In this document: positions 1 to 13,900 of the stretch, one piece after another | How the letters are laid out: the number at the start of each line of letters is the position of its first letter | Position numbering within the stretch: the stretch's first letter is position 1 | DNA from: Anaeramoeba ignava BMAN | Lineage: Eukaryota; Protista; Anaeramoebae | NCBI GenBank assembly: GCA_028826165.1 | Contig: JAPDFW010000081.1 | Span: 248,001 to 312,000, forward strand | Length of the DNA stretch: 64,000 nt | Reading direction: 5' to 3' | Notes under the pieces: model-generated | The model's database searches: none | What the model was told of the DNA's origin: nothing | Seen by the model: the letters and a program-made list of their open reading frames with translations, nothing else | Made by a program: the position numbers and the translations under genes

Positions 1-1368
1 CTAAATCCAAATCCAAATCCAAATCAAAATCTAACTTCAAATATATCTCCAATTCTAACTTCAATTCCAAATCTAAATCCAAATCCAAATCTAAATCCAA
101 ATCCAAATCCAAATCCAAATCCAAATTCAAATCAAAATCTAAATCTAAATCAAAATCTAAATCTAAATGAAAATCAAAATCTAAATGAAAATCAAAATCT
201 AAATGAAAATCAAAATCTAAATGAAAATCTAAATGAAAATTCAAATCCAAATCCAAATCTAAATCAAAATCCAAATCCAAATCAAAATCAAAATTTAAAT
301 CAAAATCAAAATCAAAATCTAAATCAAAATCAAAATCAAAATCTAAATCAAAATCAAAATCAAAATCAAAATTTAAAAAATTTAAATCAAAATCAAAATC
401 AAAATCTAAATCAAAATCAAAATCAAAATCAAAATTTAAATCAAAATAATCAATTTCAATATCAAAACCTAAACAAAAGAAAAATACCTTTTTTGGTTAA
501 TGGAAAATCCAAATCTTTTCCAGAAAATGAAATTCTTCATTCTGAAACAGGCCTTGGATATCTAGTAGAGATTGCTGGGAAGATTCGATCCAAAAGAAAT
601 TCTGAAAACAAATCTATTCAGAAAACTCCTTTCCAAGATGAAAACATCAAACCAAGTAAATCCCATGATTTATTCACCCCAAATCAACATCTTGAAAATG
701 ATACTCAAAATAATCCTAATAAAAATGAAGATCTTCAACAATTAGAAGATGATGATCTGAAAGAAAATTATTCTTTTGAATTATATTTTCCAGAAAAAGA
801 TTATCCAATTCCTCTTGCTGATCTAAAACAAGATGAAGAAGAAGAAAATATTATCAAATCAAAATCAAGAAAAAAAATTCCTTTAATTGTTGATTTCTTA
901 AGATCCAAAAATTCACATAAAAAAAAATTAAAAAGAAAAAAATTTGCATTTCCAGAAAAGCAAAAAAATTTTGAAAATGATTTGGGATTGTCAGTTCAAG
1001 AAACTACAAAGAAACCCAAAAAAGAAGATTTACCAAATTTTGAAAAATATAAATCGAATTTTTTGTCTCAAATTCGCAATTTTAGAACACCTCATTTAGA
1101 AATTCATCGTGGAGATTGTGTTTTAATGATGACTCAAAATAATCAATATTTATTTGCTTTGGTTGAAGAAATTATCCAAAAACCACTGACAAAGAAAGCT
1201 TATTTATTTGTTCGTTGGTTGATTCCCAAAAACTCAAATGCATTTGGAATTCTTGATGATCGAGTGAATATTGAAAATTTATCAAAAGAAGATTTTCTTT
1301 TTGGAAGTTTTGAACCACAATTACAACCTGCTAGTTCTGTTCTCAGAAAATTACCTTTTACAATGTGA
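1..1368 (+). CDS. GATAD1-like protein with C-terminal BAH-like domain (5' end outside window; NP/NQ-repeat N-terminal part)
   Basis: Frame 1 is open from base 1 (LNPNPNPNQ...) into ORF 493..1368. The C-terminus IHRGDCVLM...ALVEEI...LFVRWLIPK...DFLFGSFE resembles the GATAD1 BAH region (WLIP motif). Confidence 0.6.
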   Translation, partial: LNPNPNPNQNLTSNISPILTSIPNLNPNPNLNPNPNPNPNPNSNQNLNLNQNLNLNENQNLNENQNLNENQNLNENLNENSNPNPNLNQNPNPNQNQNLNQNQNQNLNQNQNQNLNQNQNQNQNLKNLNQNQNQNLNQNQNQNQNLNQNNQFQYQNLNKRKIPFLVNGKSKSFPENEILHSETGLGYLVEIAGKIRSKRNSENKSIQKTPFQDENIKPSKSHDLFTPNQHLENDTQNNPNKNEDLQQLEDDDLKENYSFELYFPEKDYPIPLADLKQDEEEENIIKSKSRKKIPLIVDFLRSKNSHKKKLKRKKFAFPEKQKNFENDLGLSVQETTKKPKKEDLPNFEKYKSNFLSQIRNFRTPHLEIHRGDCVLMMTQNNQYLFALVEEIIQKPLTKKAYLFVRWLIPKNSNAFGILDDRVNIENLSKEDFLFGSFEPQLQPASSVLRKLPFTM

Positions 1369-1689
1369 ATTTATAAAAAAAAAGAAGAAGAAAAAAATTT
1401 TTTTTCTTTTTGGAATTCCATTTTTTTTAATTGAATTAATTAATTAACAAAAAAGAAAAAACAAAAAAGAATAAAGAATAAAGAATTTGATATTTTTTTT
1501 ATTTTTCTTATTCAATTTTCAAAAAAAAAAAAATGTTTATTTTTTGAGTTAAATTGATTTTTTTTTTAAAACAAATCAAAATTTTACTGACAAAACAAAA
1601 AACATAAAAAAATGGAAAAATGGAAAATTTGGGAATTTGGAAAATTTAGTTAGATATAGATATAGATAAGATATAGATATAGATATAGA

Positions 1690-3914
1690 TCATGGAGGTG
1701 GAATTGTTGCTCTACATGTTGGACATTCTATTTTAATTTCCATCCATTTTTCTAAACAACTTCGATGAAAAATATGGTTGCAAGGTGTGATCATATAATC
1801 ATTCTCTTTGATTTCATCAAGACAAATTACACAAACATCTTCTTTTAATCTTTCTAAATTAATTGGTCTAAAATAATTATATTTTTCTGGTAAAAACTAA
1901 ATAATTTATTAAAAAGAAGAAACGGAAAAAAGATTAATTTTTTATTTTGATTTTGATTTTAATTTTGATTTTAAATTTACTTTTTTTGGAATAAAATATC
2001 GCGGATTCTTTTTTTGTGATAGAATAATAATTAACAAAGAAATTACAAATATAATCAAATAAATTGTAAATCTTTGATCTGGTTTCACTCTTAAGAAATT
2101 TCCCTTTATAAAAAAAGAAATATATTGGAGTGTATAATTTTGTAAAACTTGTTCCAATAAAATATCCACTAAATATTCAAAAAAAAAAAGAAATTTTATA
2201 AAAGAAATTTAAGAAAAAATGATTTAGTTTTTTACATTGAACCAAAATGATTTGTATTTTCTAAGGAATTGGAAATAATTTGTGGAATCCAAAAAGAGTA
2301 TAAAAAGAATATAAAAACTTTAAAGAAAACGGGGAAATTATAAACAAGAATAACACCTCCAAATGTAGCAAAATCTATTTAAGTAATTAATTAAAAATTT
2401 GTTATTTTAGGTATTTGAAAAAAAAAAATAGTTTTTATGGATTAATTAATTACAAATTTTAAAGTAAAGAGATGTCATTTCTGATCTCATATCTTCAATT
2501 TCTCGATTATTTTGTGCTTTATAAACCAAAAGTAAATATCTCATTTCGTATGTTGAAAAGATCATAAATTGAAGAAATGCAATATAAATCAAAGATGAAA
2601 AAATTTCCTCTATTAAAAAAAATTAAAAAATTAAAAAATTAAAATTAAAATTCAATAAAAAATTTTTAGATAATTTTACCATATACTAATCCAATTATAA
2701 GATGAAAAAATGAAATGTAATTATCAATTATAATTGCAAGCGTTAAAGAAGTAATTGAAATTCGACGAAAAGCCTAAAACAAAAGTTAAATTTAGATGAT
2801 AAAAATTCTTGTTCATTTTTTTTTTCTTAGAATGAAATGATAATAATACATGAGAGTTATTTAAAGTTCTTAATTGGATAATAACAAGAATAGATTGGAT
2901 AACCGAAACCTAAATAGAATATTTTTGAATGAAAAAATAAATCAAATTTAAGATTCTGCTTTTGAAAATTGATATAAAAACAAATCCTAGTTATAAACTA
3001 AGAAATAAAAGAAAAATCCATTTTTGTTTTTACAGAAACCATTAAGAAAAAATAAATATTTGCTTTTGATGTATATTCTTCTTTTTTGAGAGGCTGGACT
3101 TTGGAAAAATGAAGATGGATATCGCAATTAGGACTGTCGATGAACCCCTTCATTTGTTCTATTTTATTATAATCTTGAGAAATTTTTTCAATTTCAAGAG
3201 AACCTTCAAAATAGCAATATTTTCTGACTTCTTCTTTACGATTTGAGATGTCATCGTAATTGATTATAACTGAGTTAATTACTTGATTAAATGTAGATCT
3301 GGTGATATCGACTATGCCGTATTGCTGAAGAATTCTGATATAAAAATGAACGAATAATTTAAATATTCCCAAAAAAACGAAATTTTTTAAAATGAAAAAT
3401 TTGAATATTAATTATTTACTCAAAAGGTAGTAATGTAATATTCATGAACTTGGCAGCAACATAATTTCCAACAACAATATAATTAATCTTATTTGTGGTG
3501 AAATAATGACCGTTTTGTATAATAAATTCGGCCTGTAGTTATTACAAATAAAATAAATTAAAATAAAATAATTAAAAAACAAGACTTTTTTTTTTCATTT
3601 ATATTTTTATTTTACAACAAATGGAGAACTTTCCACAAATGAACCCACTTCAATATCAATAGAAACAATACCACTATTTTCTTCAATATATGCTTTTTGT
3701 TTTAAATTTTCAAGTTCTTTTTTTGACCATTCACCTATTTAATTTATTTTTTATATTTATTTTTTAATATTATTTTTTTAAATTTATTGAAAAAAAATTT
3801 ACCTTCAAATTGAAAAGAATTTGTTTTAGAAATGATTTGACAAATAGAAAAATTAAAAAAAAAAATGAAAAAAATAACAAAATTTAAATGTATTGTTGGG
3901 TAATTTAAACCCAT
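1690..3914 (-). CDS. TUL1: Tul1/Dsc1/FLY-type transmembrane RING-H2 E3 ubiquitin ligase (multi-exon)
   Basis: Signal peptide (MGLNYPTIHLNFVIFFIFFF), lumenal domain, several TM exons, PRYFIPKK|FLPEKYNY, and terminal CVICLDEIKENDYMITPCNHIFHRSCLEKWMEIKIECPTCRATIPPP*. GT-AG introns. Confidence 0.85.
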
Positions 3915-4039
3915 TTTGTTTTTAAAGTCCAAAGCTAATCAAAAAGAAAACGAAAAAACAAAAAAAATGAAAAAGAAAAAAATGAAAATTTCTTTTTCTT
4001 CTTTTTTTTTTTTGATCAAAAAAATTTTTTTCATTTTGA

Positions 4040-6296
4040 AAATTGATATAAAATTTAATTAAAATTGATTTAAAATTGATATAAAATTGATTTAAAATTG
4101 ATATAAAATTGATATAAAATTGATATAAAATTGATATAAAATTGATATAAAATTGATATAAAATTGATTTGAAATTGATATAAAATTGATTTAAAATTGA
4201 TATAAAATTGATATAAAATTGATATAAAATTGATATAAAATTAATATAAAATTGATATAAAATTAATATAAAATTGATATAAAATTGATATAAAATTGAT
4301 ATAAAATTGATATAAAATTGATATAAAATTGATATAAAATTGATATAAAATTGATATAAAATTGATATAAAATTGATATAAAATTGATATAAAATTGATA
4401 TAAAATTGATATAAAATTGATATAAAATTGATTTAAAATTGATTTAAAATTGATTTAAAATTGATTTAAAATTGATTTAAAATTGATTTAAAATTGATTT
4501 AAAATTGATTTAAAATTGATTTAAAATTGATATAAAATTGATATAAAATTGATTTAAAATTGATTTAAAATTAATTTAAAATTGATATAAAATTGATTTA
4601 AAATTGATTTAAAATTGATATAAAATTGATATAAAATTAATATAAAATTGATTTAAAATTGATTTGGAAATTAATATAAAATTGATTTAAAATTGATTTA
4701 AAATTGATATAAAATTGATATAAAATTGATTTGATTAAAATTGATATATAAAATTGATTTAAAATTGATATAAAATTGATTTAAAATTTGATTTAAAATT
4801 GATATAAAATTGATTTAAAATTGAATTAAAATTGATTTAAAATTGATATAAAATTGATATAAAATTGATTTAAAATTAAAATTAAAATTAATTTAAAATT
4901 AATATAAAATTGATTTAAAATTGATTTAAAATTGATTTAAAATTGATTTAAAATTAATATAAAATTGATTTAAAATTGATATATAAAATTGATTTAAAAT
5001 ATAAAATTGATTTAAAATTGATATAAAATTAAATTTAAAATTGATTTAAAATTGATATAAAATTGATTTAAAATTGATTTAAAATTGATTTAAAATTGAT
5101 TTAAAATTGATTTAAAATTGATATAAAATTGATATAAAATTGATATTTAAAATTGATTTAAAATTGATTTAAAATTGATTTTAAAAATTGATTTAAAATT
5201 GATATAAAATTGATTTAAAATTGATTTAAAATTGATTTAAAATTGATTTAAAATTGATTTTAAAATTGATATAAAATTGATTTAAAATTGATTTAAAATT
5301 GATATAAAATTGATTATAAAATTGATTAAAATTGATTTAAAATTGATATAAAATTGATATAAAATTGATATAAAATTGATATAAAATTGATATAAAATTG
5401 ATTGAAATTGATTTAAAATTGATTTAAAATTGATATAAAATTGATATAAAATTGATATAAAATTGATATAAAATTGATTTAAAAATTGATTTAAAAAATT
5501 GATTTAAAATTGATTTAAAATTGATTTAAAATTGATTTAAAATTGATTTAAAATTGATTTAAAATTGATTTAAAATTGATTTAAAATTGATTTAAAATTG
5601 ATTTAAAATTGATTTAAAATTGATTTAAAATTGATTTAAAATTGATTTAAAATTGATTTAAAATTGATTTAAAATTGATATAAAATTGATTTGAAATTGA
5701 TTTAAAATTGATATAAAATTGATTTAAAATTGATTTAAAATTGATTTGAAATTGATTTAAAATTAATTTAAATTTGATATAAAATTGATATAAAATTGAT
5801 TTAAAATTGATTTAAAATTGATTTAAAATTGAATGAAAATTGATTTAAAATTGATTTAAAATTGATTTAAATTTGATATAAAATTGATTTAAATTTGATA
5901 TAAAATTGATTTAAAATTGATTTAAAATTGATTTAAATTTGATATAAAATTGATTTAAAATTGATTTAAAATTGAATGAAAATTGATTTAAAATTAATTT
6001 AAAATTGATTTAAAATTGATATAAAATTGAATTAAAATTGATATAAAATTGATATAAAATTGATTTAAAATTGATTTAAAATTGATTTAAAATTGATTTA
6101 AAATTGATTTAAAATTGATTTAAAATTGATTTAAAATTGATATAAAATTGATTTAAAATTGATTTAAAATTGATTTAAAATTGATATAAAATTGATTTAA
6201 AATTGATTTAAAATTGATTTAAAATTGATTTAAAATTGAATTAAAATTGATTTAAAATTGATTTGAATTTGATTTGAATTTGATTTGAATTTGAAT
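4040..6296. repeat. 11-bp minisatellite AAAATTGAT(A/T)T, about 2.2 kb
   Basis: Directly visible tandem array between the Tul1 promoter and the acyl-CoA synthetase stop codon. Confidence 0.97.
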
Positions 6297-9200
6297 TTAA
6301 TTGGATTCAAAAAAATCTTCTTTTTTCTCAAATAAATTTTCAAGTTCATCCTTAAATTTTGATTGAAAACGATGACGAATTTTCTTAAAATGAACGTTTA
6401 ATAAACCATTCCCAACCGTCCATTCATTTGAACAAAGAAAAACATTTCTGATGATTTCATGATTTTTCAAGTGACTTTGCTTAGCAATTTCAAATAAAGA
6501 TTTAAGAACTAAGGTTTTAGCCTCTTGATTTTTGAAGAGAATGATTGTATAATTCTTGAGAAGGAACAATTAAAGCAACAAGAAAATCGAAAGAAGTTGT
6601 TCCATAAACAAAAATCTGTCGAATAAAAGAAGAACTTTGATAAATAGTTTCAAGATTATTAGGACAAAACACATTTCCATCAGACAAACTCTGGATTGCT
6701 GAAATACGATCAAGAATATATAATTTATTATCAGAATCAAACATACCCAGATCTCCAGTATGGAAAAATCCATCAGAATCAAAACTTAATTTTGTTTGTT
6801 CTTCATTGTGATAATAACCAGGAGATGTTGTTACTGTTTTTACCAGTATCTCTCCGCGTGGATTAGGTAGATCTTTTGTTGTGAATCCTTTATCTGGTCG
6901 ATCAAGAAGTTTCACATTTACTCCTTCCATTGGAATGTTGTTTTCCGTTATTCCTCCAACTTCAGTTGCTCCATATGATTCTACAAATAAAACATCCTTG
7001 TTCCAAGTACTTCGAACAAAATCCATAACCACATTTGCTGTTGGAGCTCCTCCTGTTGCTAGAAATGTTATCCGAGATCCAATCATTTTGCGAATTTTTT
7101 TTTTCACTTTTTGATCAATTATTTGATCAATTTTTTTTGATATGTTTTGATCCATTTCATTTTCATTTTGTTTTTCATTTTCATTGTCTTTTTCATTTTG
7201 TTTTTCTTTTTCATTTTCATTTTCATTTTCATTTTCATTTTCATTTTCTTTTTCATTTTCATTTTCAATTTTTTCAATTTTTTCCCAAAAGTCTTTATTT
7301 TCCTTTTCCACTTTTGGTGTTAAATTTGCAACAAGATTTTTGTAAATAAAATATATTCCATTCCATATACGAGGGGGAAATGCTATTGCTGATGGTTCTA
7401 TTGCCTTTATCTGATAAAGAAGTCCTTCAACGTTATTTGAAGAATTTTCTAAAGAATCAAGTTTTTGGTCTTTTTTAATAGTTTCATGATCAATCCAATT
7501 ATCATGGCTGTATTCACAGAATCCTATTCGGCCTCCATTCCCAAGAAATTCCCAACAACGTATTCTATCACTTGAGTGAGAAAGTGGGATAAACGATATA
7601 CCAACCAAGGGAATGAAAAAATATAATTTTTGTATTTCCTTCATGAATAAATTTTTTGTAACAATAACACCTTTAGGGGTTCCTGTTGATCCCGAAGTAA
7701 ACAAAATGGTTGATATTTCATCTCCATTTTCATTTTGATTTTTATCTTCATTTTTATTTTCATTTTTATTTTCATTTTTATTTTCATTTTCATTTTTATC
7801 TTGATTTTTATTCATAAGTTCATAAAGTAAATGAAATCCAATTCCTTTTGTCTTGATTTTGTTCACAAGTTCGATATCGCAAAAATTAATAGTATCATCC
7901 ATTAAAATAATATTTTCCACACTTGTTCTTCCTGAACCTTCAATTGATAATAAGATTGCTTGAAGAATTTCAGAAAGTTTGAAAGAACTGACAACAAGAA
8001 GTGCTGTTGAAGTAATTTCGAGAAGATTCTTTATTTCTTGCGGTGAAAATGTAGAATGAATCCCAAAAACAGGCCGATTTGCAATTGCAGATGCGAAATC
8101 TGTCATCAACCATTCCAATCTGTTTTCTCCACATATGCCAACAAATTTTCTTTTGGGAAGAAATTTTGAAATTATATTCGAATAATTTTTAATAGCAATT
8201 CCTAATTGTTGATAAGTTATCCAGAGATAATTGCTGTATTCAATGAATCGGAAGTGTTTGTTTGTTCTGATTGTTTGATTATCTTTATGAGCACCAAGAC
8301 ATAATCTTTTTCCATAAGTTTTGCATGCATTTTGGATGAATTCTCCTGGTGTTTTACTTTCACCAACGGGGAATCTTAGGAACACTGGAATATTCGTTTC
8401 CTCAACCCAATATTTATCTGTGAGTGGATAGATTTTTTTGGCAATCTATATCAAAAAAAATCAAAATTAATTAGAAATCAAAATATTTAATTGATGTTCA
8501 TATTCATATTGATGTTCATACTGAATTTCCAAGTTTTGTTTTTATAATTTGTATTGCTTTATAGCAATCTTCACATAAAAATGCAAAAGAATCAAGGCAT
8601 GTATATCGATTTTTTCCTTCTCCGTCTCCCCAATGTTGAATTTCTTTTTTACAAAAATCACATTCAATATAATTGACTTTCCTTCCTAATTAAAATTAAT
8701 ACATCATAAATCCAAAAATTACATGTTCTTATTTTGTGATTTAAAAAAGAATAAATCAAAACAAACCATCAATATCTGTAACAGCTCCTGCTCCCAAAAG
8801 AACTGTTCCATCTGAAGAAAATAAAAGAGATTCAATTTGCCAAGGAATTTTGATATTAAAGCTTTCTCCAATTTCTTTAAGTTTATCAAAAGATTCATTA
8901 AAATTTTGGAAAAGGTTTTGAAGTTTTGGATCTTCAGTATTTAAACATTTTATAAGTTCTTCTTGTTTAATTTTTGCTTCTGTTATTAATTTTTCAATTT
9001 TTTCAAGGAAATTTTGTGTTTCTTGTCTTTTTTAATTTTAATTTTGAATTTTGATTTTGAATTTAATTTTAATTTTAATTTTAATTTTGATTTTGAATTA
9101 GGAATTTAATTTTAATTTTGAATTTTAATTTTAATTTGAATTTTGAATTTTAATTTACAGTGAATAAAAAGGGAAAATTGTTGACTCTTTTTCAACATAA

Positions 9201-9418
9201 GAATAAAGTTCTTGTCTTGCAATATTTACTTGATTCACTTTTGTGAATTCTTCCTCAAGAAAACCATTAAATTTTTGTCTTTCTTCTGACTTATTTTTTC
9301 GATAAATATTAATTTCTTTTGCAATTTCTTTGACTTTATCTAATTGTTGATTAAGTTCTTGAATTGGAATATTTGTTTTAGAATCTAAAAATTGAAATTT
9401 CCACCAATCTTCTTGCAT
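6297..9418 (-). CDS. Long-chain acyl-CoA synthetase / CAR-like adenylation enzyme with N-terminal coiled coil and ZZ-like zinc finger
   Basis: ILFTSGSTGTPKG, ESYGATE, PRGEILVK, GFFHTGDLG motifs. Upstream exons are joined by three GT-AG introns. There is an apparent frameshift near 6540. Confidence 0.85.
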
Positions 9419-9579
9419 TTTTTTTGTTAAATTTATTATATTTATTGATTTTTTTTTTTTTTTGAAATAATAATTAAAAGGAAAAATGAAATTTTTTTTT
9501 TCATTTTTTTTTTCATTTTTTTCTTCTTTCATCATAAAAAAAATTTAATAAATATAAATAATATTTATTATTAAAATAA

Positions 9580-10709
9580 ATGCAAAATTCAGATGAAGAT
9601 TTAACTTGTCCAATTTGTTTTGGATATTTTGAACATGCAACTCAAACAAATTGTGGTCATTCTTTTTGCGGTAAAACACAATTTTTACAATTTACAATTT
9701 AAAATTAAAATTAAAATTAAAATTAAATTTAAAATTAAAATTAAAATCAAAATTCATTTATAAAATTAAATTTCATTTAAAATTAAAATTAAAATTAAAA
9801 TTAAAATTTAAAAATTAAAATTAAAATTAAAATTAAAATCAAAATCAAAATTCATTTATAAAATTAAAATTAAAATTAAAATTAAAATTAAAATTAAAAT
9901 TAAAATTCATTTACAAAATCAAAATTAAAATTAAAATTAAAATTAAAATTAAAATTAAAAAGCAAAATGCATTTTAGATGCATGTGAACACAATCCAAAT
10001 TGTCCAATTTGTAGATCTAATGTGTTTGCACTTTACCGTTCTTATTTACTTCAAAAATTAGCTGATAAAGCAAGGGAACAAAGACCTCCTAATGAACAAA
10101 ATCAAGAAAGAGTAAAAAAATCAAAATTCCATTTTCGATTTTAATTTTTCTTTTCATCAAAATTTTCCAAAAGAAAAAAAAAAAACTTAACTATAATAAT
10201 TTTATTCTTGAAAAATTAGACAAACGAAGATTTAGATCAAAAAATCAAAACTTTTAATGACACACATTCACGTCCACAAGGAATTCAAGCTATGGTAATT
10301 TTTATTTAAAATTCATTTATAAAATTAAAATCAAAATTCATTTATAAAATTAAAATCAAAATTCATTTATAAAATTAAATTTATAAAATCAAAATTCAAA
10401 TTAAAATTCATTTTGAAATCAAATATTTTATAGAGATACGACTATAATATAATGACAAGAGTAATGACAAATAGATGCAACAAAATATCAATTCTGGCTT
10501 GGACTATTGTCATTTTAGTTATTTTATATATGATTGGACCTTATAGTATAATTCCACTTACAAAAGGAATTATTGGAATTTTTGATGATCTTTTCTTTCT
10601 AATTATTGGTGTTTTGTTCCTTCATCGTCTTATTAAAAAATTCGAATTGTCTCAAAGAAATCAACGTAATATAAATGTTGAAGCTCGAAATCGACCAAGA
10701 ATTAATTGA
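9580..10709 (+). CDS. RNF170: RNF170-like ER RING E3 ligase (C3HC4 RING + DUF1232 TM hairpin)
   Basis: Spliced MQNSDEDLTCPICFGYFEHATQTNCGHSFC|AKCILDACEHNPNCPICRS. C-terminal LYMIGPYSIIPLTKGIIGIFDDL matches DUF1232. Confidence 0.85.
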
Positions 10710-10977
10710 TCTTTTTCTTCTTTTTTTTTTTGATTATTTTTTGGATCAAAAACAAATCAAAACAAAACAAAACAAATCTTTTTTTACTTTTTCTTTCTTA
10801 TTTTTTTTTTCCTTTCTTTTGATCAATAAAAAAAAAAATTGAAAGAAATTGATTTTTATTTTTTTTTATTTTTAATTTTTTCAAAATCATTTTTTTCCTT
10901 TCTTTTTTAATTTTTAATTTTTAATTTTTAATTTTTAATTTTTAATTTTTAATTTTTAATTTTTAATCTTTAAAAAA

Positions 10978-13900
10978 ATGTCTTCAGTTCCTCAATTATT
11001 TGTTAAAGGTAAAAAAAAAAAATCAAAATTTATTGTTTAATTATTATTTCAATAATAATATAACTGAAAGAAAATAAATGAAAAAAATTTTTTTTGTAGT
11101 TTTTGAAGTTAAAAAGATTCCAAAATTTGAACAACCATCATTGATATATTGCAAAATTAAGCAAGGAAAATATAAACTTCAAACTACTTTTAAAGATTCT
11201 ACAAACCCCAAATGGAATGAAGATTTTATTTTCTTGGCAAAAAAGGATACTCCACTTCTAATTGAACTAATACAACTTGAAAAACTTACAAAAAAAAGCA
11301 AAATTTTCGGAAAGATAACAATTTCATTAAAATCAATTAAAAACGAAAAACCCGTAGAAAAAATTTATGAAGTTATTGGAAAAAAAAATTCTATTGTTGG
11401 GAAAATGAAGCTTTTAATTCATTATCTTGATATAAAAGTAAATAACAAAAAAAAAATCAATTATATTTAATTAATTATTTATTTATTTATTATTTTAAAA
11501 AGAAAGAATTAGGGGAATCTCAAAAAAAACTTGAATTATGGAAATCAAAATTTATTGAATTTTTACAAGTAAAAAAAAAACTTATTAATTTAATTTAATT
11601 AAAAAAATTAATTGAAAAATTTAATTTAATTTAATTTAATAATAATAAAAAAAAGTTAATCACTAATGATTCTTTTGAAATATTAAGTATTCTTGTTGAT
11701 GTTATCTCTTCAAGAGAATACAAAAATTTTGCTGAAAATATGGTAGCTATATTATATCCCCAGAAACTTATATTACCTTTTATAAAAATTGCAATAGAAA
11801 AAGAAGTTTCTAATTCAAGTAAAAAAATTAAAATTAAAATTAAAATTAAAATTAAAATTAAAATTAAAATTAAAATTAAAATTAAAATTAAAATTAAAAA
11901 AAAAAAAGACTCTCCTGATCAATTATTTAGAGCAAATTCTTTTGCTACAAAAATTATTAAAGAATTTTCACTTCAAATTGGAAAAGATTTTCTTCATTTA
12001 ATACTAAAAGAACCAATAGAAAAAATTATGAATATTAAAGAAGTTGTTGATGTAAAAAAAAATTATATCAAAAAATTAATAAATTTTTTTTTTATAATAT
12101 TGATTAATTTGTTCTTGTTCTTGTTCTTCTTTTTAAAAAAAAGATTTTACCTGAAAATCATACTAATATTGAAACTCTTGATGAAGCTTATGAAATTATT
12201 GAAAACTGTACAAATGACATGTTAAATTCAATATTATCAGCACAAAAGAAAATTCCAATGTAAATTTATCAATTAATTTATATTTAAATTTAATTCATTT
12301 CTTTCTTCTTTTTGGTTTTGATTAGAGACTTATTAGAAATTTGCAGATATATTAGGCAGTCAGTCCAATTAAAATTTCCTGAAAAATCATTAGTTGCTGT
12401 TTCTGGGTTTATTTTTTTAAGATTTTTTGGTCCTTCAATTGTTTCTCCTGAAGATTGGAATTCAAATATTTCAAATATCACACCAACCCAAAGAAAAAAT
12501 ATAGTTCTTGTTGGAAAAATTGTACAAACATTAGCGAATCATGCTGATTTAGGAGTTAAGGATGAAAAATTGAAACCTTTGACTTTTGCTTTCAAAAATC
12601 GAATTGAAGATATTGATAAAGTTTGTTTAATTTTGAATTTTTGAATTTTTAAATTTTTAATTTTTGAATTTTTAATTTATTTAGTTTTTGGATCAAATTT
12701 CTCAAGATCCCAACCAAGAAATTGAGAAAGATTTAGAAATCCAAATTCAAGAAAAATTCTTTGATTTGAACCAAATGGGAAATCTTGTTAAATTTCTGAA
12801 ATTATACAAAGACAAAATTGAAACTATATTTTCTACAGAAGAAAATATAGAATTTACAAAAGAAGAAAATTTCAAAAACAAAACATTGGAATCACGAGAT
12901 AAAATCACGAAAATGGAAGATCTATTAAATATACTTGGCGATCCTTGTGATAGTCATATTCAAAAACTGCATTCAATATCAAGCCCGTTGATTCAAGGGA
13001 AAAAGGCAATCAAAATTGTTGATACTCAACAACCATCTTTTGTAACGGAATCCGAAGACACATTTGGAATTTTAAACATTAATTCTTCTTCATTTGGCGA
13101 GAAAAAATCACCTATTACGATATCAATAGAAATATGTGGAGAAATCAACGAATTGTATTACAAATATCTTTTTGAAAAGCAGAATCCTGATAGCCAATTG
13201 AATCATAAAAGAGACCATTTGTTTTATGCAAATTGTAACTGGAAAAGAATGAGAGAAGACGACAAATATATTGAGTTGATGAAATCCAAAATTGGCGAGC
13301 TAAAAAGCATCAATCTTGCAGATATTAATCAATTAGATCGCATCCCATTTTGGATCAATATCCACAACGCCTTGTTTATTAATGCATGCGTTGAAAACGG
13401 AACGCCTCCTTTAACACTATCTCAAGCAAAACATTTTTCAAGTCTCTTCAAATACAAAATTGATGATTTTTTATTTTCAATTGATGACATTACACAGGGT
13501 ATTTTGAGAGCAAATGCAAAGAATTTTTTTGGAATTAGACACTTTAGAAAAACAGATCCAAGAAGGGATTTTGTGTTGGATTTCTTCTTCCCTTTGATTC
13601 TGTTTGGGATATCAAATTTACAGATTGCTTCACCTCCTGTTCATATTTATCATGAAAAAATCATTGAAAAAGAATTATATCGCTCTGCACAGTTATTTAT
13701 CGAGAATTTTATTCAAATTGAAGATAGAACATTAGATCCTCTTGTAAAAAAAAAAGAAAAGAAAAGAAAAGAACTATTTTAATTTTGATATTAATATTTT
13801 TTAATATTTTTTTAATATTTTTTAGATCATTTTGCCAAAATTCTTCAAATACTTCCACTCTGATTTTGGAAAGAGTGATGACCAAATGGTCGAATTTATT

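Noticed and set aside
4040-6296. Telomeric repeat
   Set aside because: It is internal, lacks G-runs and is flanked by ordinary genes.
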